A stretch of 64,000 nucleotides of DNA from an uncultured virus (IMG/VR IMGVR_UViG_3300044808_000084) (taxonomy: Duplodnaviria; Heunggongvirae; Uroviricota; Caudoviricetes), in the IMG/VR virus record IMGVR_UViG_3300044808_000084. The stretch is one strand, 5' to 3'. Under the pieces are notes generated by a model. The model was not told where the DNA came from. It did no database searches and saw only the letters and a program-made list of their open reading frames with translations. This document shows positions 39,019 to 48,244 of this stretch, piece after piece. Both the position numbers and the translations under genes were made by a program. Within the stretch, counting starts at the first letter, position 1. Every line of letters starts with the position of its first letter.

Positions 39019-40212
39019 ATGCTCATCAAGAAAGTTAAAAGTAAACGCGCGCACGGCGACGTCTGGATGTTCGACTTCCAGTATCGGGGCAAGCGTTACC
39101 GCCAGTCTAACTTCGGCTCCCGCAAACTCTGCGACGAGGCGGCGCACGCCCTGCACTCAAAACTCCAGCGACAGCACTTCGGACTCGAAGCCGCCGAGGG
39201 CTCGCGCGTCACGCTCGACGAGCTGATCACCGAACGGCTCAGACGACCAGGCGACCCCACCCAACGGCAGAAGCGGGAACGGTATTTCCAGACCTTCGCC
39301 GCGATGCTCGAACCGAAAGTGCGCGTCCAGGAGATCACGACCCAGCATTACGGTGCTTTCGTCGAGGAGCGTTGCCAGACGGTCAAACTCCAGACCGCCT
39401 TCAGGGAACTCACCGAGATCGTCTCGATGATCAACTCGGCGCGCGACTACTTCCCGTCGCTCGAGAACTGGACGCCGCCGCGGCGGCCCCGCCTGCGCGT
39501 CCCCTCCGGCCAGCGCGAGCGCATTATCACCGGCGACGAGGCCGCGCGCATCCTGGCGGAACTCAGGCGACCGCGCGAGGAGGGCGAGCGCGAGCGCACC
39601 TACGGCCTCCGGCTCGACGCCGCCGACCTCCTCCTGATCGCGCTCCAGACCGCCGCGCGCCGCATGGAGATCATGATGCTCCGCTGGTCGGACGTGAACT
39701 TCGAATGGCGCACGCTCCGGGTCGTGGGGAAAAAGACGGAGTACAAGGGCGACCACGTGCGCGTGATTCCGCTCGCCGACAGTCTCCTCGAACTGTTCAA
39801 GCGCAGGCGACGCGAGACGACGGGGAGCGATCTCGTCTTCCCCATCGTGCTCTCGCACAGCATGTTCAATAGTTGCACCAACCTCATTTTCGAGGCGGCG
39901 TCAAAGCGCGCGGGCATCCCATACGGGCGCGACACGGCGGGCGGCTGGGTTTTGCACGACGCGCGCCATACGGCCATCACGGCGATGCTGCACGCCGGGA
40001 ACAGCCTTGAGAGCGTGATGAGCATCAGCGGCCACCACGCCAAGACGATGGTTCTGCGCTACTCGCACAGCACGGAGCGAACGAGACGCGCCGCCGTCTC
40101 GGCGCTCGACGGATTTGGTGGCGACATTTCGTCCGAAAAAGTTGCGGGCGGTGAGAATGGTGCGGATAGTGTGGAAGCAGGACGGCGCGAAATCTCCAAG
40201 AAAAGCGCGTGA
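39019..40212 (+). CDS. Prophage tyrosine integrase
   Basis: Arm-binding-like N-terminus, TAARRMEI, HDARH, SGHH, LRY; next to attR. Confidence 0.92.
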   Translation: MLIKKVKSKRAHGDVWMFDFQYRGKRYRQSNFGSRKLCDEAAHALHSKLQRQHFGLEAAEGSRVTLDELITERLRRPGDPTQRQKRERYFQTFAAMLEPKVRVQEITTQHYGAFVEERCQTVKLQTAFRELTEIVSMINSARDYFPSLENWTPPRRPRLRVPSGQRERIITGDEAARILAELRRPREEGERERTYGLRLDAADLLLIALQTAARRMEIMMLRWSDVNFEWRTLRVVGKKTEYKGDHVRVIPLADSLLELFKRRRRETTGSDLVFPIVLSHSMFNSCTNLIFEAASKRAGIPYGRDTAGGWVLHDARHTAITAMLHAGNSLESVMSISGHHAKTMVLRYSHSTERTRRAAVSALDGFGGDISSEKVAGGENGADSVEAGRREISKKSA

Positions 40213-40263
40213 AATGTGATAACCCCTGACAGGCCAACAACTAGATGAATGCCGCTGGAGGCA

Positions 40264-40275
40264 TGGCACTGGGAA
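40264..40275 (+). repeat. attR core of prophage 1 (possibly also attL of element 2)
   Basis: TGGCACTGGGAA; reads WHWEFCT* in the peptidase frame. Confidence 0.85.
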
Positions 40276-40490
40276 TTTTGTACCTAAAATGCTCAGTAAA
40301 ATTACAACTTTCTATAATTTTGTCGGGTTTTTGACAGACAAGTTTTGCGCGTATTTGGCCTGTAACGCGTTTTTGCGGCGGCGCGCGAAGACGAAGGTGT
40401 GCGCGAAGAAAACGCAAGCCACATGCCCGGCGTGCTTCAAATTCGGCGGGGTGCGGGGCGGGGCTATGGGCTACTTTTCGAGTGGAGACG

Positions 40491-40520
40491 AAAAGGGCGA
40501 GCTATGCGCCCGCCCTTCCC
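40491..40520 (-). terminator. Intrinsic terminator for the leftward operon
   Basis: Minus strand AAGGGCGGGC..GCTCGCCCTT followed by T residues. Confidence 0.55.
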
Positions 40521-40540
40521 GCGTTGCTGGTGTGGGATTG

Positions 40541-40795
40541 TTACCGCGTCGGCTGTGTCGGCGCGGGGTTGCTGGCGAGCCAGTTCCCCGTAATCTGATT
40601 GATGATCGTGTACGCCTTGCGCTTCGCGCTGAGTTGGTTGCCCTGCGTGGCGGTGTAGGCGATTCCGAACTGGATCGCCATCTCGCCGGTTTCGTCGTCC
40701 GCGCCCGTCGTGTTGGCGTCTTTGTTTTTCAACTCGACGCCGACGATCTGTAAGGCGAAGGGCAGCATTGAAATCCAAAACTCTTTTCCAAACAT
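40541..40795 (-). CDS. Small hypothetical protein
   Basis: RBS AAAGGA; followed by a terminator. Confidence 0.6.
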   Translation of the reverse strand: MFGKEFWISMLPFALQIVGVELKNKDANTTGADDETGEMAIQFGIAYTATQGNQLSAKRKAYTIINQITGNWLASNPAPTQPTR

Positions 40796-40838
40796 GTTTA
40801 TTTTCCTTTCGTGGTGTGTTGTTGTAGTTGTCGGCGTG

Positions 40839-41156
40839 CTAACGAGTTCGGGGCGGGTTGCGTTTCGCCTTCGCCTCCTTCACGCACTCGTAAATTTCTA
40901 CCTTTTGCAAATACTCACGCCCGTTGAAAATGATCGGCGTGTGCGCGTCAATATCAACGAACAGAGCGCGGTTAGCTTCCCGCCGCTCTCGCGCATCGGC
41001 ACGCAGGGCGTTGATCTGTGCCGATAAGTCTTCCGGCGTGTCGGCTCGCACAATTCGATACTCTTCGCGCACGTTAGAGTATCGCGGGTTGATGAAGTGA
41101 ACGCGGCGCGGCTTCTTTTTCGTCGCTGCTTTCTTTGGCGCTTTCTTCGTTGCCAT
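40839..41156 (-). CDS. Basic hypothetical protein
   Basis: RBS GGAGAGG; MATKKAPKKAATKKK. Confidence 0.65.
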   Translation of the reverse strand: MATKKAPKKAATKKKPRRVHFINPRYSNVREEYRIVRADTPEDLSAQINALRADARERREANRALFVDIDAHTPIIFNGREYLQKVEIYECVKEAKAKRNPPRTR

Positions 41157-41170
41157 AATCAAGCCTCTCC

Positions 41171-41389
41171 TTATTGCTTCTTTCGAATCTTCGCCTTCGA
41201 CTCATCGCGGCGGTGTGCTGGATCGTCGCAGTTGGCGACGTGGACAACCACGGCGGCGATGAAGTTCGCCATGAATGCAATATCGTCCTGCGTCAGGTTT
41301 ACAACGTTGTCGCCCTGCTTGATCTCAATGGAGTTTGTTTCGCCTTTGTAGGTGAACATCTCATCGTACTCTTCGAGTGTGCGGCTCAT
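41171..41389 (-). CDS. Hypothetical protein
   Basis: Tightly packed co-oriented ORF. Confidence 0.55.
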   Translation of the reverse strand: MSRTLEEYDEMFTYKGETNSIEIKQGDNVVNLTQDDIAFMANFIAAVVVHVANCDDPAHRRDESKAKIRKKQ

Positions 41390-41395
41390 CTCTTC

Positions 41396-41845
41396 TTACT
41401 CCATTACAACGTCGTCGCGGGTTTGTTCGTCAACGCGCCCGACGATCTGCGCTGCGTCAATGACGACAAGACTATTTGCGCCTTCGAGTGGCACGGCGAG
41501 CGGGCGTGGCGAGTCTTTGAAAAGAATCGTGTCGCCTTCGCCTATCGGTATATTCATCACTTTACCCATTGCAGCGAGCGCGGCCTTAATCATTCCCTCC
41601 TGTGCTGCCTGTGCATCGCCCGCGAAAAACTTCTCCGCTTCGTCTTGCGCGCCGGAAACGAGTTCGCCAACCGCAATGACCTTGCCGATCTTGAGTTTTC
41701 TTGATGGGTTGCGCCGCACACGCACAAAACCCTCTGCGGCCTTTGCCGTTGGCAGGTAATGTGTTGGTTCGTTTTGAAGCGGCGCGGATTTGATCACTTC
41801 GACTAGCACGTTGCCGCCGAAAACTTGGATGGTTTGTTTCATCAT
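41396..41845 (-). CDS. GroES/Cpn10-like co-chaperonin
   Basis: IQVFGGNVLVE..YLP..GKVIAVG..IGEGDTILF..VVIDAAQIVG follows the GroES pattern, with insertions. Confidence 0.65.
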   Translation of the reverse strand: MMKQTIQVFGGNVLVEVIKSAPLQNEPTHYLPTAKAAEGFVRVRRNPSRKLKIGKVIAVGELVSGAQDEAEKFFAGDAQAAQEGMIKAALAAMGKVMNIPIGEGDTILFKDSPRPLAVPLEGANSLVVIDAAQIVGRVDEQTRDDVVME

Positions 41846-42132
41846 CTCTGTTTTGTCCACTCTCTTTGTAAGTCCGCTTGAATCTTCCCCGCAATCACTT
41901 CCACCTGCGGGATGCTCACAACTTCCGGCCACCAGCGAGAAACTTTCTTCACCACTTCGGCGGGCGTGCCTGTAAACATCGTCTTGATGAAGTCAGTCGC
42001 CAGTGGAAATTCAGCAACCGCTTGCCGGATGATCCACGCGCCCCGGTCGGCGTGTCCGGCTCTTAACGCTTCCCCGAACTCTTTCAGCTTGGGGCGAAGG
42101 GCGGCGCGGGCGATTGATTCAATGAGGCTCAT
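41842..42132 (-). CDS. Hypothetical protein
   Basis: ATGA-coupled to the GroES-like gene. Confidence 0.55.
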   Translation of the reverse strand: MSLIESIARAALRPKLKEFGEALRAGHADRGAWIIRQAVAEFPLATDFIKTMFTGTPAEVVKKVSRWWPEVVSIPQVEVIAGKIQADLQREWTKQR

Positions 42133-42250
42133 TGCTTTTTGTTCGTGCGCCGCTGCCAAAGCAGCGCGCATAGTTCAATGATCGGCGCAGCCTGTACTGC
42201 CACCGCTACCACCATTGCCAAACAGAAGATGTAAACCTTGTCTAGAAAAC

Positions 42251-42592
42251 TCATTTACGTTTGGCGCGCGGCGGGCTGGTCTTTTCCTCTGCCGCTTCCA
42301 ACTCTTCGTATGTGTATTGCAGCCGTTGCGCTTCGTTGTCTTGCACGAATCGAATCGCGCCCGTCAGTGTGCGCGGTTCAATGCGCGCCGGAAGATTGAC
42401 GGACACGATCAAATAATCGGCGGCTTCGACCGTGAAGCGCAGGGACATCGTCTCTTCATTCCAAGTAACAAATGTGTAGGTACAGGCCCCGCCGTTTTTC
42501 TCGCACGTTTCCAAACCAAAGGGCGGGCGCGGGTTTGGTCTACCCTGCCCACCAAGCACGCCGTCCGCAGGGTCAAATAGTTTATGTTTCAT
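42251..42592 (-). CDS. Hypothetical protein
   Basis: ATGA-coupled to the upstream gene. Confidence 0.6.
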   Translation of the reverse strand: MKHKLFDPADGVLGGQGRPNPRPPFGLETCEKNGGACTYTFVTWNEETMSLRFTVEAADYLIVSVNLPARIEPRTLTGAIRFVQDNEAQRLQYTYEELEAAEEKTSPPRAKRK

Positions 42593-43854
42593 TGTTGTTG
42601 TCCTTCCGCGCTCTCGCCTTCTCCGTTGCCTTCGTCTACTACTTCATCATCCGGCGTTAACTCTTCTTTCAAGTCGGTTATGAAGTCTTCCGCGTGGGCG
42701 TACTGGCTCAAGTCCTCCTGCGCGAACTGCGACAACTCCGCAAGTAGCTCGCGGTCAGACTTGGCGAGTAGCCCTTGCACCATCGCCGCGATCTGCTCGT
42801 CGCCCTTTAACAATTCTTCGATAGCATCGGCGGCGCGGCCTACTCGTTTGTTACGGCGCAAGTCCTCGACGATGATCGCCAGCACCGGCACGACCGGATG
42901 AACGGGCGCGGCTTCGATTGCGGGCGGTTGCTGTGTGTGTCCGTTCGGGGCGGGTTGTTGTTGTTGTTGTAGTTGTGGCTGTTGTCGCGCGATGTTGCCA
43001 AGCATCGCCAGGACGGACGGCGCATACTTGCCCGCTGATTCGATGATGCCGCCCGCCGCTTCCATGAAGCCGACAATGCCGCCGCTCTTTCCCTTGTCCC
43101 TCGACGGCATCAACTTCTCAGATATGACGGTGAACTTTTCAAACTGCTCGATAAACGTCTCAGTCGGATCGGCGGGCGGTAGTTGTTGTGGTTGCGCAGC
43201 GGGCGCGGGGTTCGGCTCGCGCTTCAATCCCAAGAGCGTTGTCAACTCAACGAACTCTTGTAATTGATCACGGAACGACGGCGCGGCGTGTGTGGCCTGC
43301 GGTGCGGGCGCGGCCACCGTCGCAGCGGGCGGCGTGGCAACTTCGGGCGCGACGGTCTTAGCGATTCGTTCATCCCAACGACGCATCACGCCCGCGCCAC
43401 GCTTAAAGAGCGTAAACGAATATTGCCCGCCGCCGAACGAACGCGAGACGACGGCTAAGTAATCCAGCGTCGGCGGTTTGATGTTCGTGCAGAACTCACG
43501 CGCGGCGGCAAGGTCTGTGCGCCCGTCAATGTCGTAGTTGACGAGACGATCAACGCGCAGGTTGTAAGCGTTGTCGTCTGCGACTTGCGACAAGATGATT
43601 TCAGCATCGGAGAGCGGTTGAGCCTCAAACTCAAGATCGTCTTGCTCCTCGTCTTCATCTTCCAGCGTTGTCGCGTCCTCGGCGGGCGCGGCGTGGATTG
43701 CTTCGCTGAACTCTTCGACGGTGGTCCGCCGGATGCGTTTGCGTGGCTCGCGTTTCGCAGCGGGCGAGCCTTCTACCGGATCAACAATCTCCGGCGTCAA
43801 CGGCTCGGAAGAATTATTTTTGCCCTGTGTTCCTTTACTCGCCGCTTTAGACAT
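42589..43854 (-). CDS. Acidic, Pro/Gln-rich hypothetical protein
   Basis: 421-aa ORF with RBS AAGGA; first gene of the divergent operon. Confidence 0.75.
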   Translation of the reverse strand: MSKAASKGTQGKNNSSEPLTPEIVDPVEGSPAAKREPRKRIRRTTVEEFSEAIHAAPAEDATTLEDEDEEQDDLEFEAQPLSDAEIILSQVADDNAYNLRVDRLVNYDIDGRTDLAAAREFCTNIKPPTLDYLAVVSRSFGGGQYSFTLFKRGAGVMRRWDERIAKTVAPEVATPPAATVAAPAPQATHAAPSFRDQLQEFVELTTLLGLKREPNPAPAAQPQQLPPADPTETFIEQFEKFTVISEKLMPSRDKGKSGGIVGFMEAAGGIIESAGKYAPSVLAMLGNIARQQPQLQQQQQPAPNGHTQQPPAIEAAPVHPVVPVLAIIVEDLRRNKRVGRAADAIEELLKGDEQIAAMVQGLLAKSDRELLAELSQFAQEDLSQYAHAEDFITDLKEELTPDDEVVDEGNGEGESAEGQQQ

Positions 43855-43918
43855 GCCTTAGCTTTCCTTTACTTTTTCGTTTACTCATCTGCCGGACGCG
43901 CGCACACTACCACACAAA

Positions 43919-43974
43919 TTATTAGTTTGTCTAATATCTTTTTACTTGACAGGAGTACAAAACTAATATTTGAT
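43919..43974. promoter_or_regulatory. AT-rich divergent promoter/operator region
   Basis: TTGACA at 43946; inverted repeat ATTAGTTTGT / ACAAAACTAAT. Confidence 0.4.
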
Positions 43975-44171
43975 GCGTGGCGGGGGATAGTTCGGGCTGT
44001 GGGATTGAATCACTTGGGAAGTGTTTCTATCTGCACACCACAGCCCGAACGCTCAAAACAAGTTTCTTTGTTGCCAAGATTCGCGCGGCCACTGTCAACC
44101 GTTACTTCTCTTCCCTTCGAACGCGAAGCAGTTGAGCCGCGCGGATAACTTTTCAAACTGACGATGCGCGC

Positions 44172-44726
44172 ATGACAGAGCTACAAGTTTTCAGAGACGG
44201 ACAGAAGCGCGCGGCTTTCATTGAACCGCTTAAAGATGGCGATGCCGGAGTCATTCAAGAATTACAGATCATGCGCGACATCGTTCGCTACGATGCGACG
44301 CAGCCTGACCTTCGCAAGTTTATTTTGCGTTACGTTCTTGGCAAGCGGGTGCGAGGTCACGATTACGCCGGAGAGGTTCGCGCATGTTTCGACTTCGCAC
44401 AGCGCGGCATTGTCTACCGCCGCGATCCTGTTGGTGTTGAGCGCATCGCTGATCTGTGGTCAGCGCTGTATGCGCTCTCTCCCGACGATGAACCGGAAGG
44501 CGATTGCGTTATCAAGTCTGTATGTCTTGCAACGTGTCTTGCGCTTCTCGGTCACTATCCTTTCTTCGTTGTGATGAAACAGTCGCCGCAGGATCAAACT
44601 TTCAAGCATGTCTACGTGGGCGTGCCGCTCAACGGTAAGAAGAGGGCACTGGACCCGACGCCGGAAGAAACGCCGATGGGGTTTGAAGCGAAAAGTTTTC
44701 AGCGGGTGGAGTATCCGATTTTCTAA
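44172..44726 (+). CDS. Transglutaminase-like cysteine protease
   Basis: IVYRRDP.GVE, GDC, HVY and LDPT give a Cys-His-Asp triad. Confidence 0.75.
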   Translation: MTELQVFRDGQKRAAFIEPLKDGDAGVIQELQIMRDIVRYDATQPDLRKFILRYVLGKRVRGHDYAGEVRACFDFAQRGIVYRRDPVGVERIADLWSALYALSPDDEPEGDCVIKSVCLATCLALLGHYPFFVVMKQSPQDQTFKHVYVGVPLNGKKRALDPTPEETPMGFEAKSFQRVEYPIF

Positions 44727-45046
44727 TGTGGCGCGTACCTGAATCGCCGTGGCCTTACTACCTTTTCGCTGCCGCCCTAGCGGTGGCCGCGCTCGCGTTT
44801 CCGGTACCACAGGGCGCGCAAGTGAAGCCGACGCCCGAACCGCCGCCCGTCGTTAATCAGCACTTCAAAGTTGTGCATGGCGTTGCGCCCGCCGACTTGC
44901 AAAAGGAACTCGAACGGCTGAACGCGGAGGGCTATCACATCAACACAAGCGCGGGCCTTTTCCTGACGGGCGACGAGACGATCACGATCATTGTTGACGA
45001 CTCGGACAAGCCAAGCGATGAAGAGGAAGCGGACGACGAGCAATGA
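44726..45046 (+). CDS. Membrane protein (N-terminal TM)
   Basis: YYLFAAALAVAALAF; TAATG coupling. Confidence 0.65.
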   Translation: MWRVPESPWPYYLFAAALAVAALAFPVPQGAQVKPTPEPPPVVNQHFKVVHGVAPADLQKELERLNAEGYHINTSAGLFLTGDETITIIVDDSDKPSDEEEADDEQ

Positions 45047-45678
45047 AGCAGGCGCAGATCGTTTTATCGCTCGAAGCTATACTGCCTTACATGTTCACGG
45101 CGGGCGCACGCTTCGCCGTACCCGTCGCGGAACTCGGCGGCGAAACGCTCTTTGAAGTTTACGAAGTGGGAAGCGACTCACGCGCCGGGATGGGCGGCCT
45201 CGCGGAGTCGCTCATCAATCTCGGCACCGTCGCCGCGCAGTTCGGAGCGCAGAAGGCGGCGGCAAACAAAGCAGGCTCGCAGCAAGAGCGCGAGATCAAC
45301 AACGCCTTCGACTCGGTAGCGCGGGAAGTCAATCAGCATTTCGTCGCCGCTCTGAACAAAGGCGCGACGATCACACCGGCAGACTACAACGCCGCGCTCG
45401 ACGCTTACCAAAAACTCGCCGCCTTCGCCGCGCAGTACCCGACGAAGGGCATCACGGAATGGTGGAACTCCCCAAGCTACAACGCGAGCTATCAAAACAT
45501 GCTCGCAACTTTGCAGAGTCGCTTGACGACGGGCGGCACAGTGGCAACGGGCGGCGGCACGCAGCAGCCGAACAGCAGCGGCAATACGGTACAGACGAGC
45601 GGCGCGAGCGGTTTGTTTGATAGCCCGTACATCATCCCCGCCGTGATAGTCGGCGCGGTCTTATTTTTGAAAAGGTGA
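45043..45678 (+). CDS. Putative virion membrane protein, C-terminal TM
   Basis: YIIPAVIVGAVLFLKR tail; GMGG motif. Confidence 0.7.
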   Translation: MKQAQIVLSLEAILPYMFTAGARFAVPVAELGGETLFEVYEVGSDSRAGMGGLAESLINLGTVAAQFGAQKAAANKAGSQQEREINNAFDSVAREVNQHFVAALNKGATITPADYNAALDAYQKLAAFAAQYPTKGITEWWNSPSYNASYQNMLATLQSRLTTGGTVATGGGTQQPNSSGNTVQTSGASGLFDSPYIIPAVIVGAVLFLKR

Positions 45679-45688
45679 AGGTGCATTT

Positions 45689-46072
45689 ATGGCGAAAGTT
45701 TCAGAGGACGCTTACACAGGCGCATACACAGTCGTTGGAGCGGAAGGCGTTGCGTATCCCGCGACGCCCGCGTACAGGTACGACGACTCGCCTGTGATTT
45801 TTGACTTGTCGGTTGATCGCGCGTTTCCGAACTTCGCGCAGGCGCAGGCGGCGCGCGGCGAGATGAACATTGAAGTGCGGCACCGGACAGCCGCCGCGCC
45901 TCCCACGCCGACGACGCCGCCCCCGGTTGGCGCGCCGCCGCCACTGACGCAGGCCACAACACCGGTTGGCGGGCTGTTCGATACGAAGGTGACGCTACCC
46001 GTCGTCGGTCAGGTTCCCCTCGTCGCCGTCCTCGCGGCGGCGGTTGGTGCTTACTTCGTCTTCGTTGACTAA
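45689..46072 (+). CDS. Putative virion membrane protein, C-terminal TM
   Basis: Pro-rich linker, then VPLVAVLAAAVGAYFVF. Confidence 0.7.
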   Translation: MAKVSEDAYTGAYTVVGAEGVAYPATPAYRYDDSPVIFDLSVDRAFPNFAQAQAARGEMNIEVRHRTAAAPPTPTTPPPVGAPPPLTQATTPVGGLFDTKVTLPVVGQVPLVAVLAAAVGAYFVFVD

Positions 46073-46075
46073 GCC

Positions 46076-46429
46076 ATGAGCTACGCGCCGAACAACATCG
46101 AAGGCACGCTCGAATGGAATGAGCAGCAGGGCGACAACCCGCCGCAGGAGTCGCCGCCGCTTGTTCCACTCCCCGACGATGATGCGGAGTGGCAGCCGCG
46201 CTACAAAGGCGACCGCTACAACATGCCGCTCAACTATTTCGGCGGCGGCGCACCTTCGACGGGCGCGATACAGACGACGGCAGCGGAGACAGCCGCGCGC
46301 TCCGCATCGGCGGCGGCAACGATGCACGCGACGGGCGCGGCAGCGGCGGCAGAGGCCGACACGATCCCCGCGTGGCTTTACCTTGTGGGCTTGGGGCTGG
46401 TCGCCTACATGCTTTGGAGTGATAGCTAA
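46076..46429 (+). CDS. Putative virion membrane protein, C-terminal TM
   Basis: IPAWLYLVGLGLVAYMLW. Confidence 0.7.
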   Translation: MSYAPNNIEGTLEWNEQQGDNPPQESPPLVPLPDDDAEWQPRYKGDRYNMPLNYFGGGAPSTGAIQTTAAETAARSASAAATMHATGAAAAAEADTIPAWLYLVGLGLVAYMLWSDS

Positions 46430-46430
46430 C

Positions 46431-46820
46431 ATGGCAATCCCGCTCGGCTACAACCCGTACTACATTGATCCGTCTACCGGGGGCGGCGGCACGAGCGACG
46501 GCGACATAGGGCGTTATGGCTACGACCCGATAGGCCGCGCCGCGCCGGAAGAGGTCTTTACGCCGCCCGTCGTCAACCTCGGCGGCAAGATCATTCGCAC
46601 GGATGATCCTGTGTGGAAGGCCAACACGACGCCTCCGACGAAGATCACGCAGCCGGGAGCACCGGACCCGTTGAAAGGCGGCGGCGGCAAGGCGGCGACG
46701 ATTGCAGCGGCGGCGAACGGCACGAGCATTGTTGCGGACGGCCTGAGTCTCGACGCGCTGCCCGGTTGGGTTTATCTCGTCGCAGCGGCGGGGCTTCTGT
46801 ACGTACTCACGAAGGACTAG
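46431..46820 (+). CDS. Putative virion membrane protein, C-terminal TM
   Basis: MAIPLGY...LPGWVYLVAAAGLLYVLTKD. Confidence 0.7.
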   Translation: MAIPLGYNPYYIDPSTGGGGTSDGDIGRYGYDPIGRAAPEEVFTPPVVNLGGKIIRTDDPVWKANTTPPTKITQPGAPDPLKGGGGKAATIAAAANGTSIVADGLSLDALPGWVYLVAAAGLLYVLTKD

Positions 46821-46832
46821 AGGTAACAGTTT

Positions 46833-47258
46833 ATGAGCATGAGCATTTATCAGCGCGCGGTAGGCATGGGCTTTTACGATCCGGTTGCCGAAGGCGGTTA
46901 TCCGGCAGGAGCGGCCGGGAACAGCAGCGGCGGCAGTTCTGTCTGGTCGCAAATCCCCGGCCTCATCGCCGGATTCGGTAATCAGTTTTTGCAGCAATGG
47001 GGCAATCGCGGAGTCGCGGCGGCGGGCGTTAACCCTTACGCAAGTTCGTTGCAGACGACGGGCGGACTCACGCAAGCGCAATATGCGGAGCAAGAGCGGT
47101 TGCGCGCCCTCAGCAATAACAGCGGCGGGGTAGGGTTTGGCTTCGACTCACAGGGCTTGAGACTTAGCGACGGCTCGCACATCGGTTGGACGACAATCGC
47201 CGTTGTGGTCGGTGGCTTCTACCTCGTCCAGTCGCCGGGATTCACAAAGCGGAGATAA
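46833..47258 (+). CDS. Putative virion membrane protein, C-terminal TM
   Basis: RBS GAGG; GMGFY; IGWTTIAVVVGGFYLV. Confidence 0.7.
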   Translation: MSMSIYQRAVGMGFYDPVAEGGYPAGAAGNSSGGSSVWSQIPGLIAGFGNQFLQQWGNRGVAAAGVNPYASSLQTTGGLTQAQYAEQERLRALSNNSGGVGFGFDSQGLRLSDGSHIGWTTIAVVVGGFYLVQSPGFTKRR

Positions 47259-47262
47259 CGCA

Positions 47263-47568
47263 ATGCGGCAAGGCTTGGGCTATCTGGATGAAGTTATCGC
47301 GGGCGGCTATCAACTCGGCCTCGTCGTGGATTCTTCGTCTGTCTTGGCCGCGAAGATTAAGGCTTGGGGCGGCACGTTGATCGTACAGGGCAACTCGCCG
47401 GACTTGGCCGTGGCCGCTAAAAACTCACTTCGCTTTTCAGTGGCGAAATCAGCAGACGGTGCGTGGTATCGAATCATCGACCGCTTGGAGAAGTACGGAG
47501 ACGGCGTTAGCACTTATCTGTTGGTTGGCGGCGTGTTGTTGCTGGTCTTCATCCTGACAGGTAAATGA
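47263..47568 (+). CDS. Putative virion membrane protein, C-terminal TM
   Basis: MRQGLGY...YLLVGGVLLLVFILTGK. Confidence 0.7.
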   Translation: MRQGLGYLDEVIAGGYQLGLVVDSSSVLAAKIKAWGGTLIVQGNSPDLAVAAKNSLRFSVAKSADGAWYRIIDRLEKYGDGVSTYLLVGGVLLLVFILTGK

Positions 47569-47614
47569 TATTCATTCAGTCGCCGGGATTCTCTCGACGC
47601 GGAAGGTAGGCGTT

Positions 47615-48241
47615 ATGGCAACCGTCAGGTATGGCGAAAGAAGCGAGAACGTCGGCAAGGTTCAAGCGGCCTTGAACGCGCAGCCAAGTGCCTACGGATT
47701 GCCGCGCCTTGTCGTTGACAAAGCCTACGGCGCAATGACAGCGGAGGCGGTGAGGACGTTCCGCGCGATCAAAGGCTTGTCGGATTCGCGCGACGTGGAC
47801 GAAACGACGTGGATACTGCTCGGACTCGCTGGCGGTGTCAGTGGCGGCGCAGGCGCGGGCGTATCGGCAGGACTGATCACAGGAGGCGCAGGCGCGGGCG
47901 TTAACGTGGGGAGCACTGGCAGCATCGCGCTCACAGTCGTTGACATGCTTGGACGCGCGAGCGTTGCGTATGTGGTGGGCGGCGCAACGCTGAACGTGAT
48001 AGACACGGCGGGGCGTTCGACGCAAGCGACGGCGGCGCAAGTAGTGAACGGAGCGCGAGCGGTTGGCGCAGGCGTGTCATACGCCGTTGACAGTGCGGGC
48101 AACATCACGGCACGCGTCGGCACGTCGCTTGAAAATCTGTTGATGAGTTACGGAACGGCGTTCGGCTCATCGCTTGGGCTGTCGTTTCCAATTTTCGCCC
48201 TCGGCGCGGTGATTGTTTTGGTCTTCATCCTCGATAGATAG
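47615..48241 (+). CDS. Peptidoglycan-binding domain protein with C-terminal TM
   Basis: VRYGERSENVGKVQAALN..VDKAYGAMTAEAVRTF..GL..VDETTW. Confidence 0.8.
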   Translation: MATVRYGERSENVGKVQAALNAQPSAYGLPRLVVDKAYGAMTAEAVRTFRAIKGLSDSRDVDETTWILLGLAGGVSGGAGAGVSAGLITGGAGAGVNVGSTGSIALTVVDMLGRASVAYVVGGATLNVIDTAGRSTQATAAQVVNGARAVGAGVSYAVDSAGNITARVGTSLENLLMSYGTAFGSSLGLSFPIFALGAVIVLVFILDR

Positions 48242-48244
48242 GTT

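Larger units (their letters stand above)
973..40275. mobile_element. Lambda-like siphovirus prophage, apparently complete
   Basis: Terminase, portal, capsid, tail, replication, immunity and integrase genes, flanked by the direct repeat TGGCACTGGGAA. Confidence 0.92.
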
